From NCBI GenBank assembly GCA_000004695.1, contig CM000152.2, positions 4,320,001-4,384,000 on the forward strand: a stretch of DNA of 64,000 nucleotides, read 5' to 3'. The translations under genes were made by a program, and so were the position numbers. Below, piece after piece: positions 44,339 to 58,907 of the stretch (positions are counted from its first letter, which is position 1; the number at the start of each line of letters is the position of its first letter). Below the pieces are notes generated by a model. That model did no database searches. It worked only from the letters and a program-made list of their open reading frames with translations, and was not told the origin of the DNA. Source of the DNA: Dictyostelium discoideum (Eukaryota).

Positions 44339-44654
44339 GTAAATTATTAAAGATTGACTTTTCATTATCAAATTAAAAATAATAATAATAAATTAAAATA
44401 TTTATAAAAAAAATAATTGTTTGTATACAAAGAGTGAGAAAAAAAAAAAGTGATCATGTGATGTGTGTGTGTATATATATATATATGTATTAAAATTGAA
44501 TTATCTATTGTCTAAAAAAAAAAAAAAAAAAAAATAATAATAAAAAGGAGATGGAAATAAAAACCATTGACGAATCCAATAAATAATTACCTTTAAGGTT
44601 TTAAAAGAGTTTCTAAATAAAACTGTTGGGTTTCTGTTTGGTTTTATTATTATA

Positions 44655-44689
<35 letters not shown>

Positions 44690-44905
44690 TATTTATTTTA
44701 TTTTATTTTTATTAATTTGGCGATGATTTTTAAAAGAAGGATTTAAATTAATAAATATGTTATTTATATATATTTATATTTATATATATATAATTATTAT
44801 TATTAAGCTATTTAAATTAAGAAAAAAATAAATAAAATAATAAAAAAAAAAAAAAAAAAATTCAAAAATAGATTATTATTATTTTTTTTATTTTTTTTTT
44901 TTTAT

Positions 44906-44990
<85 letters not shown>

Positions 44991-45366
44991 TATTAATAAT
45001 AAAAAAAAAAAAAAACATAAAATAAAATAAAAATGGTAATAATAAAAAAATGATATAATTTATAAAGTAATATTGTGTTTGGTAGTGCTGAACATTTATA
45101 TTTTTATTATAATAATATTATTAGACTAATATTATTATGTGCATGATTAAATATTGTTTTTATTAATTTTATTATTATTTTTATTATTATTTATAGTTGA
45201 TTAAAATGTATCATAATATATGAATTAATGATTAAAGATAATTTAAATTTTTATTTTGAGTATAATTTTATTATTTAATTATAAAGATAAAGAGGGATTT
45301 TTATTTTTTTTTATTTTTATTTTTTTTTTTTTTAGAGTTATTATTCTTTGTTCTATATTATTATTA

Positions 45367-45371
<5 letters not shown>

Positions 45372-45455
<84 letters not shown>
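45372..45455. repeat. (ATT)n microsatellite in the gene desert
   Basis: Direct observation of about 28 tandem att units. Confidence 0.9.
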
Positions 45456-45478
45456 TTTTTTTTATGATTTGATAAGTT

Positions 45479-45512
<34 letters not shown>

Positions 45513-45533
45513 ATAATTTAGATCTTTTTTTTT

Positions 45534-45685
45534 NCCNTTTTTGNGTTTAGAATACGTGCAGAATACATATATATTGATGTACAATAAAATTTTGTATTCC
45601 TTGCCAAAAATAGTATTGCGGGTGTTTTAAAATTATGGTTATATGTTTAATGAGTGAAAATAAAGTGTAAAAACTGTTATCTNNN
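45534..45685. other. Sequence ambiguities (N at 45534, 45537, 45544; NNN at 45683-45685) flanking a short GC-normal segment
   Basis: Literal n characters in the sequence. This indicates a low-quality or gap-adjacent assembly region inside the 43.1-48.6 kb gene desert. Confidence 0.9.
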
Positions 45686-48637
45686 TTTTTTTTTTTTTTT
45701 TTTTTTTTTTTTATATCTTGTTTTTACGATTTACAAAAAATAAAATAATAAAAAATAATAAATAATAATAAAAAATAATAAAAATAAATAAAAAATAAAT
45801 AAAAAAATAAATAAAAAAATAAATAAAAAAATCAATAAAAAAATACATCTTTTATTACTTTTTAGGATTAAAAATATAATTGGATATTGTTGTATGAAGA
45901 AGAAAAGAAAAAAAAAAAAAAAAAAAATTTATTTCTGGTTGAAAGCGTAAAACCATCAAAAAAAAAAAAATAAAAAAATAAAAAAATAAAAAAAAATAAA
46001 ATAAAATTTTATAAAAAAAATCATCTTATTTTTGTTCAACGTGAAATTTTCTTTGGAATAATCTTGCTTAAGTTTGCATATAAAAAATCAAAAAAAGTAA
46101 AATTTTTTTTTTTATTTAAATTTAAAAATTATTCCATTAAAAAAACACGAAAATTAAAAATCAAAATTTAGTAACGTTGTACAAGCAGGGTGTGAAATTC
46201 ACAAAAAAATAAATAAAAAATAAAATTTTAAAAAAAGATATTAATTTTATTTTATATAAACACACACAAACCCTTTTGATTTTTAAAAATTATAATTTTT
46301 TTTTTTTATTTTTATTTTTCTATTTTTACTTTAAATTATGAATATTCTTTCGACAATCTTGGTCAAGGTGACTCATTTTTAAAATTTTTTTTATTTTATT
46401 TTTTTATTTTATTTTTTTTTTTTTTTTTAAGGTGATATTAAAATTAAAACAAAACATTGAAAGAGGAATTATTATAATTAAATTATGATTGAGTTTAGGT
46501 TAATTTAAATAGAATTTGATATATTCAGTTAAAACACTTACCAATTGATGATTTACCACTCTATCTTGGCTACCACAATAAATATATATATTTTTAGTTT
46601 TTATTTTTTAATTTTTTAATTTTTTTTTTTTATTGGTGGTTGGGAATTAATTTTAGTTATGATCAGATTTAATTTGAACTATAATTTATTAATTTAGTAA
46701 TATAAAAACCTATTTTTTTTTAATTTATAATTTTTAGATTTTCTCAATTTAATTTAGTACTGTTTTGTTTTAAATTTAAAGGAAAATAAATTAATTTTTA
46801 TATATTTTTTTTTTTTTTTTTTTCAACAAATAGGTCAATATTTTTAATTTATTTATTTTTTTCTTTTTTTTTGTTTTATTTGATTAAATTTTTAACAATC
46901 TTGATTAGGGTAAACAGTTATTTTTATTTTTATATTTTTATTTAACATTATTATTGTTATTATTTTATTTTTTTTTATTTTTTTATTTTTTTATTTTATC
47001 TTTTTTTTTTTTTTATATTACTCATTTTTCAAAATTACAAATGACCAAAATATAATTGTTTTGTTACAATAAAAAAAATAATATTGTCATATAAAATTGT
47101 TATCATTGTGAGTTAAATATTTAAAAATTAAAAAAAAAAAAAAATAAACTTTTAAGAATAATGCCATTTCTAAAAATGATCAAAATAATTTAAAAAAAAA
47201 ATAAATTAAAATAAATAGTTTGAATATATAAAAAAAAAAAAAATAACAAACACACGGATGTGAGGTTTAAAATATGTGTTATATAGGGTATTCTTTTAAT
47301 TCAATTATTATATGTATATAAATAGTTGTGTGAGTGTGTTATTTTAGTGGTTTTCTTCAAACACAATATGAAATTTTAAAAATTTAGCACAACCACACCA
47401 CCACACAACACTACACCATTAAAAATATTATGAATATATGTGTACTAGTTTTTTTATATTTTTTTTATTTTTATTTTATTTTTAAATATATTGTTTAATA
47501 TATATAAAATTTTTTTTTTTAAAATAATATTAAAAAAAAAAAAAAAAAAAAAAATAATAATAAGTGTTTTTAATATATTGTAATGTAAAATAATTATTAT
47601 AATTTATAAAAGGTATGTATGTGTAAAATATAAGTAATTTAGGACACAAATAACAAGTTCAAATAAAACCAAATTATTTTTTATTTTTTATATTTTTTTT
47701 TTTTTTAAAAAAATAAAAAAAAAAACACAAAAAAATTATTTATTTGTATTTATTTTAAAATTAATTTTTTTATTATAAAAAATATTTGTATTTTTATTTT
47801 AAAATTAATTTTTTAAATAATTATTAAATAAAATAAAATAAAAAAAACAAATTATTAATCATAATTTGAACAAAATAATTGGTATAAAAAATAGTATTAA
47901 TTTAGGTAAAAGAATAAAGATAATAAATTGTTCTTTTTTTGGGGTTTTTTTTTATAGTACAAATAATTTATTCCATCATTCTCGTATCATTTACACACCA
48001 TACAATACCATATTATACATAAAATATACAATAAACACAAATACACACACATCTATATATATCATTGTGAAAATAATTTCCATAGACATAAACCATACAA
48101 ATAATTAATTATTTAAAATTACAGATTTATTTGTATTTTTAAAATTTTTTTTTTTTAATAGTTTTTTTACTCTAGTTTTTTATTTTTTTATTTTTTAAAT
48201 TTTAATTTTATTTGTTTTTGTTTTATTTTTATTTTTATTTTTAATTTAATTATTTTTATAAAAATTATTGTGTTTTTTTCTGTTTGATTCATTTCAATAA
48301 ATAATTTATATTTTACTAATTTGAAAAAATCTATTTTTATGGAAAAAATATAAAAAATAAAGAGAAAAAAAAAAAAAAAAAAAAAAAAAAGGAATAAATA
48401 TAGTTTAAATTGTACAATACTTTCAATTTTTTTTTTTCTTTGTTAATCGATTTCAAATACAAAAAAAAAAAAAAAAAAAAAATTTATTTATTTATTTTTT
48501 ATGTATAGCTCCTGATAATAATAATAATTATAATAATAATAATTTAAATTTAAATTTAAAACAAGAAAATAGTATATTAAATATAAAACATATAAAACAA
48601 ATTAAACGAAATAAATTAATTATATATACAATTAAAA

Positions 48638-48813
48638 ATGATGCATGCATTGGGTGACCTTTTCAAACCCGAAGAAAAGGAAATTAAAATGGATAGAGAT
48701 AAGTGTAGTGGAGCTTGCGTTGCAATTTGGACATGGAAAACAAGTAGGTTTTATTTTTTTATTATTTTCATTTTTGATGCAATTAATTAAATTTTTAATA
48801 ATTTTATCTTTTA

Positions 48814-48858
<45 letters not shown>

Positions 48859-49552
48859 AAAAAAAGTTGTTAGATTAATATGTTTGATTGCAGGTGGTGT
48901 TCAAGTATTTATGGGTGGATATATTTTTTACTCAATTAGTTTTACAAAAGATCATTCAGTTCAAAACTATTTATCATTATCAGTTGTTGGTTTTTATGCA
49001 TGTTTAACTGGTTTATTAATTCTTTTTGCAGAAACAAGAACAAGATGGACTAGAAGAGCTGTAAAAGTATTTGTTTTCCTTTGTAATGGTTTATCAAGAG
49101 GTATAATTTATATTCTGTAAGTATTTAAATTATTTTTTAACTTTTATTTTTATTTTTATTTTTTTCCACTACTAATAAAATTAAATTTCTTATGGATTTT
49201 ATTATTTTATTTTTATTTTTTTTGGAAATAAAGAATTGGAGCTATTGATCAATCACCAATACCATTTAAATTTTTAAATATTATAACTTCAATGCATATT
49301 GGTTTAGTTTGTATAGCAGGTGGTGTTGTATCAATTATTGAATTTTTAATTACATATAGAAGAAATAGAGCAAGATTGAATCAAGCAATTGCAAATCATC
49401 AACAACAAGCTAAAGGTACTGAATTGTATGACCTATTTGAAAGAGAAGATTTCAATAATCCTGAAGATGCAGCTGCTTATGATTTGGAAAAGGGTAAAGA
49501 TCCAAATTATATTCATCAAGATTTAGAAATGCAACCAGTTCAAGAAGCCTAA
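48638..49552 (+). CDS. Small membrane protein, about 215 aa, 3 exons, unknown family
   Basis: Exon 1 is 48638-~48742 (MMHALGDLFKPEEKEIKMDRDKCSGACVAIWTWKT, donor A|GTAGGT). Exon 2 is ~48898-49115 (GVQVFMGGYIFYSISF..FLCNGLSRGIIYIL, donor CT|GTAAGT). Exon 3 is ~49228-49552 (IGAIDQSPIPFKFLNIITSMHIGLVCIAGGVVSIIEFLITYRRNRARL...). Four predicted TM segments. Confidence 0.5.
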
Positions 49553-49662
49553 AAAATAATAATAATAAAAATAATAAAAACAATAATAATAATAATAAAA
49601 CAACAAAAAAAAAAAAAAAAAAATAATAATGTTTTTAAAATAGAAAAGGAAAAAAAAAAAAG

Positions 49663-49710
<48 letters not shown>

Positions 49711-49916
49711 GAAAAAAAAAAAAACCATAATTTTAAATTTTTTAAATAAAAAAATAAAAATAACAATAAAAAATAACAATTAAAAAAAAAATTAAATATA
49801 TTCACATTATTTTGAATAAAAAACAAACAAAATTGTGATCAAATTTGGGAAGTGAATTTTTTTTTTTTTTTTCATTTTTATTTTTTTTATTTTTTTCATT
49901 TTTATTTTTTTTTTTT

Positions 49917-49949
<33 letters not shown>

Positions 49950-50111
49950 CAGATTGCTCGTTTTTTTGTGTATATATATTTATTTAATCATTTTTTTTTT
50001 GTGTCCACATACAAACCTAAAAAAGACAATTACATTAAAACAATAAAAACAATAAAACCTATAAAAATCAAAAACTCATCAATACACAACACGCATATAT
50101 AAAAAAAAAGA

Positions 50112-50426
50112 ATGAATTTCAACAAAAATTCAATTGTATTAGGTACTTTATTACTTAAAGGACCATTGTCAAGACAAAACCTTTGGAGTTATGTTTCAAG
50201 ATTCAATTTTTACTCTGGTTTAACAAACTTAAAAATGCACTTGGATAGAATGGTTAAAGAAAGAAGAATCACCAGAAAAGTATCACCATTATCAAAAACG
50301 AGAGGTCAAGAGATTTTTGAATTTGCAATTATTAAAGAAAATGAAAGAAACAATATTCCAGAAGATACTTTAGATAAAATAAAAACAGAAATCAACGAAT
50401 TTGATAAATTATTTGAAAAAAAATAA
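50112..50426 (+). CDS. Hypothetical small basic protein (104 aa)
   Basis: Intact ORF MNFNKNSIVLGTLLLKGPLSRQNLWSY... with normal coding composition and AT-rich flanks. No recognisable motif. Confidence 0.4.
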   Translation: MNFNKNSIVLGTLLLKGPLSRQNLWSYVSRFNFYSGLTNLKMHLDRMVKERRITRKVSPLSKTRGQEIFEFAIIKENERNNIPEDTLDKIKTEINEFDKLFEKK

Positions 50427-50771
50427 AATAAAATAAATAATAATAATTTAAATAAATAATGAAGCAACACAACAAAAACAAAAATAACAATATAATATAA
50501 TGCAATTAATTACCTATGAATGGAAGTGTATCCATACACTCTTTTTTTTTTTCATCAATAAACATGTACATAAAATAGGTAAAAAAAAAAAAAATAAAAA
50601 AATAAAAAAAAATAAAAAATTATAATTAAAAAAAAAAAAAAAAAAAAAAAAGATATTTGTTTGGGTGATTTAAATATATTGAAAATAACTTTTGAAATGA
50701 TCTACATATGTATTGGGGATATTTCTCTATTTTATGTAAAATTTTTATTTTTATTTTTATTATTATTTTTC

Positions 50772-51007
50772 TTAGGAAAATAATCTCTTTATGGCAAGTG
50801 CCACAAGAAGGGTAAATAAAATTACAATCATTCTATCAATTTGAATGGTGGATGGGTTTAAAATTGTTCTTTGTTGTTGAATTATTGGTTGTTGTTGTAG
50901 TTGTGGTGGTTGTTGTGGGTTTTGTAAAGTAGTTGTTGGTTTTTGTGTGGCGGAGGGTGTTTGAGAATTATTTTGCGCTATATTGTCATTTTTATTGTTA
51001 TTATTGC

Positions 51008-51038
<31 letters not shown>

Positions 51039-51656
51039 ACTATTTTTATTATTTTCAGTGATAACACCAATTGTTGGTGTATTTAATTGTATTGATGCTC
51101 CACTGCCACCAGAAGCACCAATTGAAATATTTTGTGTTGGTAAATTATCAAGTGATTTCATTACCATATCTTCTATTGGTTCATTATCTTCATTATCTTG
51201 TTCATTGTTGTTATTGACTATTTCTTCCTCTTCATAATAAGTTTCTGTATTTTGTTTAGTTTCTTCCTCTTGTAGTTTTTCATTGTAATCTTGATCTTCA
51301 TTTTTAATATCACCACTATCATTATCATTATTATTATTGTTATCATTATTATTATTATTATTAGTAGTAGTAGTAGTATTTGTTGAGGTATTAGTAATAG
51401 CTGTAACTGTGGTTTCTGTTGCTGCTGTTGTTGTTGTAGTTGTTGTTGTAGTGGTGGTTGTATTATTATTATTATTATTACTATTAACTGGTTGACCCAA
51501 AGCAAAACGATTATGTGAACCACATCTTGTACATTTCCAATCTAATGATTTTAATGCTAATTCCTTTCTATCTTTTGTTGGTAAATCAATAGCACCAATT
51601 GCACCTTTTCCTTCTGTTGGCATAAATCCAATTAATGCAACTAAAACTGTTCTAAC

Positions 51657-51692
<36 letters not shown>

Positions 51693-52312
51693 AAAATTAG
51701 ATTTATTAGCATTTTTTTTTTTTTTATTTTAATTATTTGTTTTATAATATTTATATATACATACTACTCCAAGATGGTTGCCAATGTTCTGGATGGTGTG
51801 CTGATACAGTTAAACAAATCTTTACATTGGTTTCAAATCTACCATTTGGCTAAATATATTAATCATATATATGGTTAGTGTTATTTTTAATAGGTGTTGT
51901 CGGTTGTTGTTATTTTTATTGTTAAATACATACTGTCAATAATACAATATTTGGTGGTTTGAATGGATATTCAGATGGTAAAATAATTCTACCATGGTAA
52001 ATACCACCATTAAAATCTGAATCTTGTGGTCCTCTTATTGTAAAATGCCACTCAAATATATTGTCCTACATATAAGATATTATATATATATAATCATTAG
52101 TTTAATATTATAATTTAAATTGTTTATAATTAAAAAAAAAAAAAATAATAAATATATATATATATATTTGTGTATTTATATATATATATATATATATATA
52201 CACATACCTCTAAAGGAAATGCTTTGTAATCTGGATTTGTATCATTTCTAAGTTCTTGTATCTCCCTTAGGATTCTTTTTACTGCTGGGTTATTTGGGTT
52301 ACATGAATCCAT
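50772..52312 (-). CDS. UBC6/UBE2J-type tail-anchored ubiquitin-conjugating enzyme (ERAD E2), 4 exons
   Basis: Exons on the minus strand: 52312-~52196 (MDSCNPNNPAVKRILREIQELRNDTNPDYKAFPLE, donor GTATGT). ~52068-51935 (DNIFEWHFTIRGPQDSDFNGGIYHGRIILPSEYPFKPPNIVLLT). ~51858-51775 (PNGRFETNVKICLTVSAHHPEHWQPSWS, containing the active-site Cys). ~51659-50772 (VRTVLVALIGFMPTEGKGAIGAIDLPTKDRKELALKSLDWKCTRCGS, then poly-N/T, ending in the TM anchor RMIVILFTLLVALAIKRLFS). This aligns with human UBE2J1. Confidence 0.8.
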
Positions 52313-52442
52313 TGAACGTACGTAGTTTATTTTCTCTATTATATAAATAATGCAATACAAATATTTTAATTTAATTTAAAAAAAAAAAAAATAAAAAAAA
52401 AAAAAAATAAAAAAAAAATAAAAAAAAAAATTAATTTTTTTT

Positions 52443-52473
<31 letters not shown>

Positions 52474-52874
52474 CAAGAAATAAAGGGAAAACAAAATTTA
52501 AAATATCTGAGACATATGTTTTTTTTCTTTTTTTTTTTATTTTTCATTTTTTTTATTTTTGGAAATAATTTGACTTTTTTTATAAACACAATTAAAATAA
52601 GTAATTTTCAATAAAAATAAAAAAAATAAAAAAAAATTTATTTACAAAGCCTCTTTTATAGTAATATATTTTATTTATAATTAATAATTTTTTGATTTTT
52701 TTATTTGTTTCCATAATTTACAAATATTTTAAAATTATTATTTACAAATTTGTTAAGAGAGAAAAATATATATATTTTTGTTTTGAAAAGTGGTAATATT
52801 ATTTTTTTTTTATTTTATTTTATTTTATTTTTACTTTTTTTTATTTTCCGGAAAAAAAAAATGGAAAAAAATAA

Positions 52875-53751
52875 TTAAATTAAAAAATTAGTAAATTTTG
52901 AAGAATATTGAAAAAGAAATGAATCTCTATCAGTTATTGAATCAAAATTATTACAACGAAGATCTAATGATTTAGTGACGCGATTATTAATACAAGCATT
53001 GATTATTAAATGAAGTGAAGAAGTATTTAAAAAGTTTTTTGCAAAATTTATAGTATGAAGATATTTTGAAGTTGAGATATAGTAAATTATGATATCCATA
53101 TCATCATTTTCAATCTCATTATTTGAAAAATTTATAATTGTAATTTTATTTGATTTTACAATTGATTCTAAAAGTTTTGAAAGTTTATAACTGTTCAATT
53201 TTGATTTCCTATGAATGTACTCTTTCAAACCATCAGAATTCTTTGATTCAAAGAAATCACAAAGTGAATCTATTGAAATTTTGGAATTTATTGCATTGCA
53301 TGATAGATTTAAAACTCGGATATGTTGATTCACAGTTAGTATTTGAATGATTGTGTTCACTCGTTCTGGTGATAATAAAGAATTTGAGAATTCAATTCTA
53401 AGTAATCTCAAAGTTGAGCATTTCATTAAATACGGTACTAAATAGCAAAATCCCAATGGATCCAATCCGAATCTTAAATAAATTGCTTGACATCTATTAA
53501 TTGATTGATAATGATTACGCGGTGTTAACCAACGACCAATGATCCTACAATAATTCAAATCACTATCCCTTTCATATAAAAACTTATAAGAATAATATAA
53601 ATGTCTTATACTTTTTATTGATAATTTATTCCATAATCTACAAACCATTGAAATTTGAAAAAAACTATTACTTGGAAATACAATATCACATGCAAATCCA
53701 ATTATTTTAATTATTAAATATTCCGGTAAAATTTTATTAAATGATTTCTTT

Positions 53752-53783
<32 letters not shown>

Positions 53784-54176
53784 TACATTTTTTATTGTAG
53801 TTGATGGTGTTGATATTGGTAAAGAAATTGATGAAGATGATGATGATAATGAAGAAATTGATTGTATAGAATTTGATCTTGATAAACTATTATTATTATT
53901 ATTATTATTATTTTGTATTTGTGACGATGATGATTTTTTATTTTTAAATTTTTTTATTTTTTTTAATGGAGATTTTAGGTTTTTCTTTTTTGAAACTTTA
54001 CAATTTACCGAATTTGGTGATGGAATTAGATTATTATTTTTATCTAATTTTATTAAATTATTTAAATAAATATTTGATGATAATGATTTTTGTTGTTTTG
54101 GTGTTAATTCAAAAATTCCACCTGATGATATCATTTGATTTGTTTTTAATTGTGATGATGATGATGAGTTTCCCAT
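52875..54176 (-). CDS. F-box / leucine-rich-repeat protein with an N-myristoylation motif (MGNSSSS)
   Basis: A single 433-aa ORF. The N-terminus is MGNSSSSSQ. The F-box-like motif is LPEYLIIKIIGFACD. Then come repeated L..L.L..N.I.. units (VLNLSCNAINSKISIDSL, INFSNNEIENDDMDII, SLDLRCNNFDSITD). Confidence 0.6.
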
Positions 54177-54904
54177 TTTTTTTATTATTATTATTTTTAT
54201 TATTATTATTTTTATTATTATTATTATTATTATTTAGGGTTAAATTTTTTTCAATCTGTTTTTTTTTGATGGTTAATTTTTTTTAATCTGTTTTGATTTT
54301 TTTTTAATCTGTTTTGATTTTTTATTTTTTATTTTTATTTTTTTTTTTTATTTTTACTTTTTTTTTTTTTTTTCAATCTTTTTTCAGAATCTGAGACAAA
54401 ATATCTTTTTTTTTTTTGATTTTTTTTTTTTTTTGATTTTTTATTTTTTTTTTTAATATTATGGTTTTTAAAAGGGTTTTAAAATTATTTTAAACCAACC
54501 ACTGAAAAAAATTAATTGGAATAGAAATAGAAATATATTAATATAGTACAAATAATATAATGTTTTTAAATTAATGAATGGGTAATGAGAAATGAATTCT
54601 GATTTGTTTTTTTTTTTTTTTTTTCTATCAATTTTAATTTTAATTTTTATTTATTTTTTTTTGTTTTTTTTTTTTTTATTTTTTTTTATCAATAAAAAAA
54701 AAAAAAAAAAATGGCCAAACCACTGAGATTCAATCAGCAAACCATTTGATTGGTCAATTTTACAACTCTCAAAAAAAATCTCCTCGCAAAAGTCTTTTTG
54801 GCAACTCGTCAGATAGTTCCATGAAATTAGAAAAATCACATTGATTGGCTTTTCCAAAATGCGATAAATTTTTTGTAAAATTGAAAAAAGAAAAAAAAAA
54901 AATA

Positions 54905-54954
<50 letters not shown>

Positions 54955-56037
54955 AAAATAAAAATATACAGTTTAACAAATCAGAATCAATTTTTGTGTG
55001 AGTGTGTGTTTGATCGGATTAATATATAATTTTTTAATTTATTTTATTTTATTTTATTTTTTTTTGTTTTTTATTTTTATTTTTATTTTTTTATTTTTTT
55101 TATTTTTTTTATTATTTTTTTTTTTTTTAAATTAAATTAAATTAAAAAAATGATAATAATAAAATTATTGTTTAAATTTAATATGAAAAATATCAACATG
55201 TTGATATGATATGTTATAGTGTATCAAAAATAGTAATTTAGATTAATCTATAAAAATTAATAATATCCATATTTATATATTTTTGTATATAATAAAATTT
55301 ATTTAATTTATTTATATGTACTGTTCAAAAAATTTTTTAATTTTTTTATTTTTTATTTTTTTTTTTAAAATTTTTTTTTTATTTTTTTTTTAAAATTTTT
55401 TTTTTTTTTTATTATTTTTTTTTTTTTATTTTTTTATTTTTTTATTTTTTATTTTTATTTTTTTTTTTTAAGGGCAATACAAACACGATAAATAAATTAA
55501 ATAAACCAACCCCCAAAATTAAAAATCAAATACTCACTCAATAATCCATATTTAATTATTTATATACCCAAATAAAGAAAATTTTGTTTATTTATATATC
55601 ATCATATATATATTTATATTTAAACATTTTAATTATTTATAAAATTATATAAAAAATAAAATAAAAAAAAAATAAATTATAATAGTAATAATATTTTTTA
55701 TTATTATTATTTTTTTTTTTTTAGTGTATTATATATATAAATATATTAGTTAAAATAGAAATAGGATTATATTTATACCAATAACTATAGTTTTTCATTA
55801 ATTTATATATTCTATCCCGATTTTGTATTTATACATGTATTTCCTTATATACACTTAAAATTCAGACATTATTATTTATTATATATAAAAAAAAATTAAA
55901 AAAAAAAAAAAAATTAAAAATAAATAAAATTTAAAAAAATAAAAAAAAAAAAAATAAAAAAAATTTGTATATATATTAGAAAAAAAAAAAAAAAATAAAA
56001 AAAAACAAAAACACAAATAAAAAAATAATAAAAGAAA

Positions 56038-56706
56038 ATGAAGAGGTTCTTTTCGAATCTCTTTAAGAGAAAACAAGACCAGAATAGTCATATTAAACAA
56101 ATAAATGGGCCAACAACATCAACTCCTACAACAACTCCTACAACTCCTACAACTCCTACAACAACTCAAACACCAACGCCACAAAATAATAATACAAATA
56201 ATAATACAAATAATAACAACAATACAAATAGTAATAATAGTAACCAACAAAAGAAAGAACAAGCACAAGCATCACCATCAACTAATCAAACACAAACACC
56301 ATCTAATAATACAATATCAACATCTCCAACTGTTACAACACAACCAAGTTTCACACCAGGTGTTATAAGTACATCAAAACTTACAACATCACCACCAGAA
56401 AGTCCAAGACCACCAACTTCAACAACTAATACTACACAACCATCAACCACTACAACCACAGCTACTAATAGTACCAATACAAACACAGCATCAGCACCAA
56501 CTAAAACAGCATCTCCAAGCTCACCAAGTGCAACAGCTTCACCAAATAATAATAGTAATAATACAACTACTACTGCTGCAACTACTACAACTACTACAAC
56601 TACTACAACCACTACAAATGCAAATCAAACAGCAAGTGTTAATCACACTAGCAGTGACCAATCATTAAATGCTCAAAATGTAACACAAACAAATAATAAC
56701 AACAAC

Positions 56707-56737
<31 letters not shown>

Positions 56738-58565
56738 CAAATAATACAAAACCAATTAATCCAAATGATTATATTCCATTGGATTTTGTGGATTCTACAC
56801 CAAAAGTTGATAACAATCAACCAAAAAGAAAAGCAAGTGGACCACCAGAAATTTTACCAGAAGAAATTGATAGAACTGATTTCCTTGGTCAAGGTTCATT
56901 TGGTTCTGTATACAAAGGAAAATGTCGTGGTCAAGAAGTAGCAGTTAAAATTCCAAGAAAACAAAAACTTAGTTTATATGAATTAACTAGTTTTAGACAT
57001 GAAGTTAAAATTATGAGGTAAGGGTTTATTATATATAAAAAAAAAAAAAAAAAAAAAGACCATTTTTTTATTAATTCTTTTTTTTATTTTTATTTTATTT
57101 TTAAAAATCAATTAGTAAAATCTTCCATCCAAATGTAGTATTGTTTTTAGGTGCTTGTACACAATCAGGTAAAATGCAAATTGTTACAGAACTTTGTCAA
57201 ACAGATTTAGAAAAGTTATTACATAATGATCGTACCAAAAAGGAGTTTAGTTTATTTAGAAGAATGCAAATGGCTAAAGATGCAGCATTAGGTATGAATT
57301 GGTTACATGGTATTACTAGAATTGTTCATAACGATTTAAAAACAGCAAATCTCTTGGTAGATATTAACTTGCGTGTTAAAGTAACTGATTTTGGTTTCAG
57401 TCAAATTAAAGAAGGTGAAGAATTTCAAGATAAAGCAGCAAAAGGAACTCGTAAGTTTTAAAAAAAATTTTTTTTTTTTTTAATAATAATCATTTTTTGA
57501 TATTAACTATAATTTTTTTATTTTTTTATTTTAAAAATAAAAAGCATTATGGATGGCACCAGAAGTTATGATGGGTAATCCATATAATGAAAAAGCAGAT
57601 GTCTATAGTTTTGGTATTATTTTATGGGAAATTTTAACAAAGGAAGCACCATATTCACATCATAAAGATTACGATATTTTCTTTAATGCAATTTGTAACG
57701 AGAAAGAGAGACCACCAATTCCAGCAGATACACTTCCAAGTTTACGTCATTTAATTCAAACATGTTGGGATCATAATCCACAAAATAGACCATCATTTAG
57801 CGAAATCTTATTCAGATTGAATGAGATTTTAATCGATTGTGCAATCGATTTCGACGATGGAAGAAAGTATTGGAAAGAACATTTCTTAGTACCAAAACAA
57901 GAATTACAAGAGGAGGTTGAATGGTCAGACTTTGAAAAAACTTTGAAAGCCACTCACAAACAATTAAATCTCGATTATGCTCCACTCAAAGAGTTACTCG
58001 TTCAACAATCTCATCAAACTGTTCAAAAAACTAAACAAGTTGTCACTATGGAAAGATTTGATAAAGTTAGTAAATGGTTTGGTTCTTTCTTTGAACCAAA
58101 TACTGGTATTGAAACTATTGATAATGTATGTTTTCTTTTTTTTATTTTTTTTTTTTTTTTATATAAATATTTTATTAATATTGGTTTCTTTTTTTTTTTT
58201 TTTTTTTAAAAAAATAATAAAAATAGATTAATAAATTATCAGCAAAAATTTGGTTCCATGGTGATATTGTAAGAGAACAAGCAACATCTAGATTATCAAA
58301 AGCAGCTGAAGGAGCATTTTTAATTAGATTATCATCAACCGAACCAAAGACATGTCCTTTCACATTGTCAATGAAAAATAATCAACACCGTAGAATTCAA
58401 TTGATCGATGAAAATAATTTTACAGGTTTTAAGATTCAAGGAAAGACAGCAGTTTACAATAGTTTAATAGAATTGGTCGAAAAATGTAATGACTATCCAT
58501 TATTAGTACCTTGTCCAAAATTCACACAAGAAACTTTTAATCCTTATGATCCTTATACAAATTAA
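56038..58565 (+). CDS. shkD: SH2-domain-containing TKL protein kinase (shk family), 744 aa, 4 exons; the length fits ShkD
   Basis: Exons: 56038-57017 (T/N/P/S-rich N-terminus then GQGSFGSVYKGKCRGQEVAVKI...EVKIM, donor AG|GTAAGG). 57116-57450 (SKIFHPNVVLFLGACTQ...IVHNDLKTANLLVD...VTDFGFSQ.., donor C|GTAAGT). 57545-58125 (PLWMAPEVMMGNPYNEKADVYSFGIILWEIL...). 58227-58565 (INKLSAKIWFHGDIVREQATSRLSKAAEGAFLIRLSSTEPKTCPFTLSMK..., an SH2 domain). Kinase plus C-terminal SH2 is the Dictyostelium Shk architecture. The specific paralog name is recalled from protein length only. Confidence 0.8.
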
Positions 58566-58870
58566 AATAATAATAATAAAAATAATATTTATAAAAAATA
58601 ACAACAATAACAATAATAATAAAATAATAATAATAATAATAATCAACATTAAAAAAAAAATTGTAATACCACATTTTTATTTTAATCAATCAAAAAAATA
58701 TTTGTTTTTTTTTGAATCCACTGACCAACAATAATAAAAAAAAAAAAAAAAAAAAAAGAAAAAATTTTTAAAAAAGAAATAAAAAAAATAAAAAACAAAT
58801 AAAAATAATAAAAAAAATTAATATATAATTAATAATATTATAAAAGAAAATTATGTGCATTTGATTTTTC

Positions 58871-58907
<37 letters not shown>

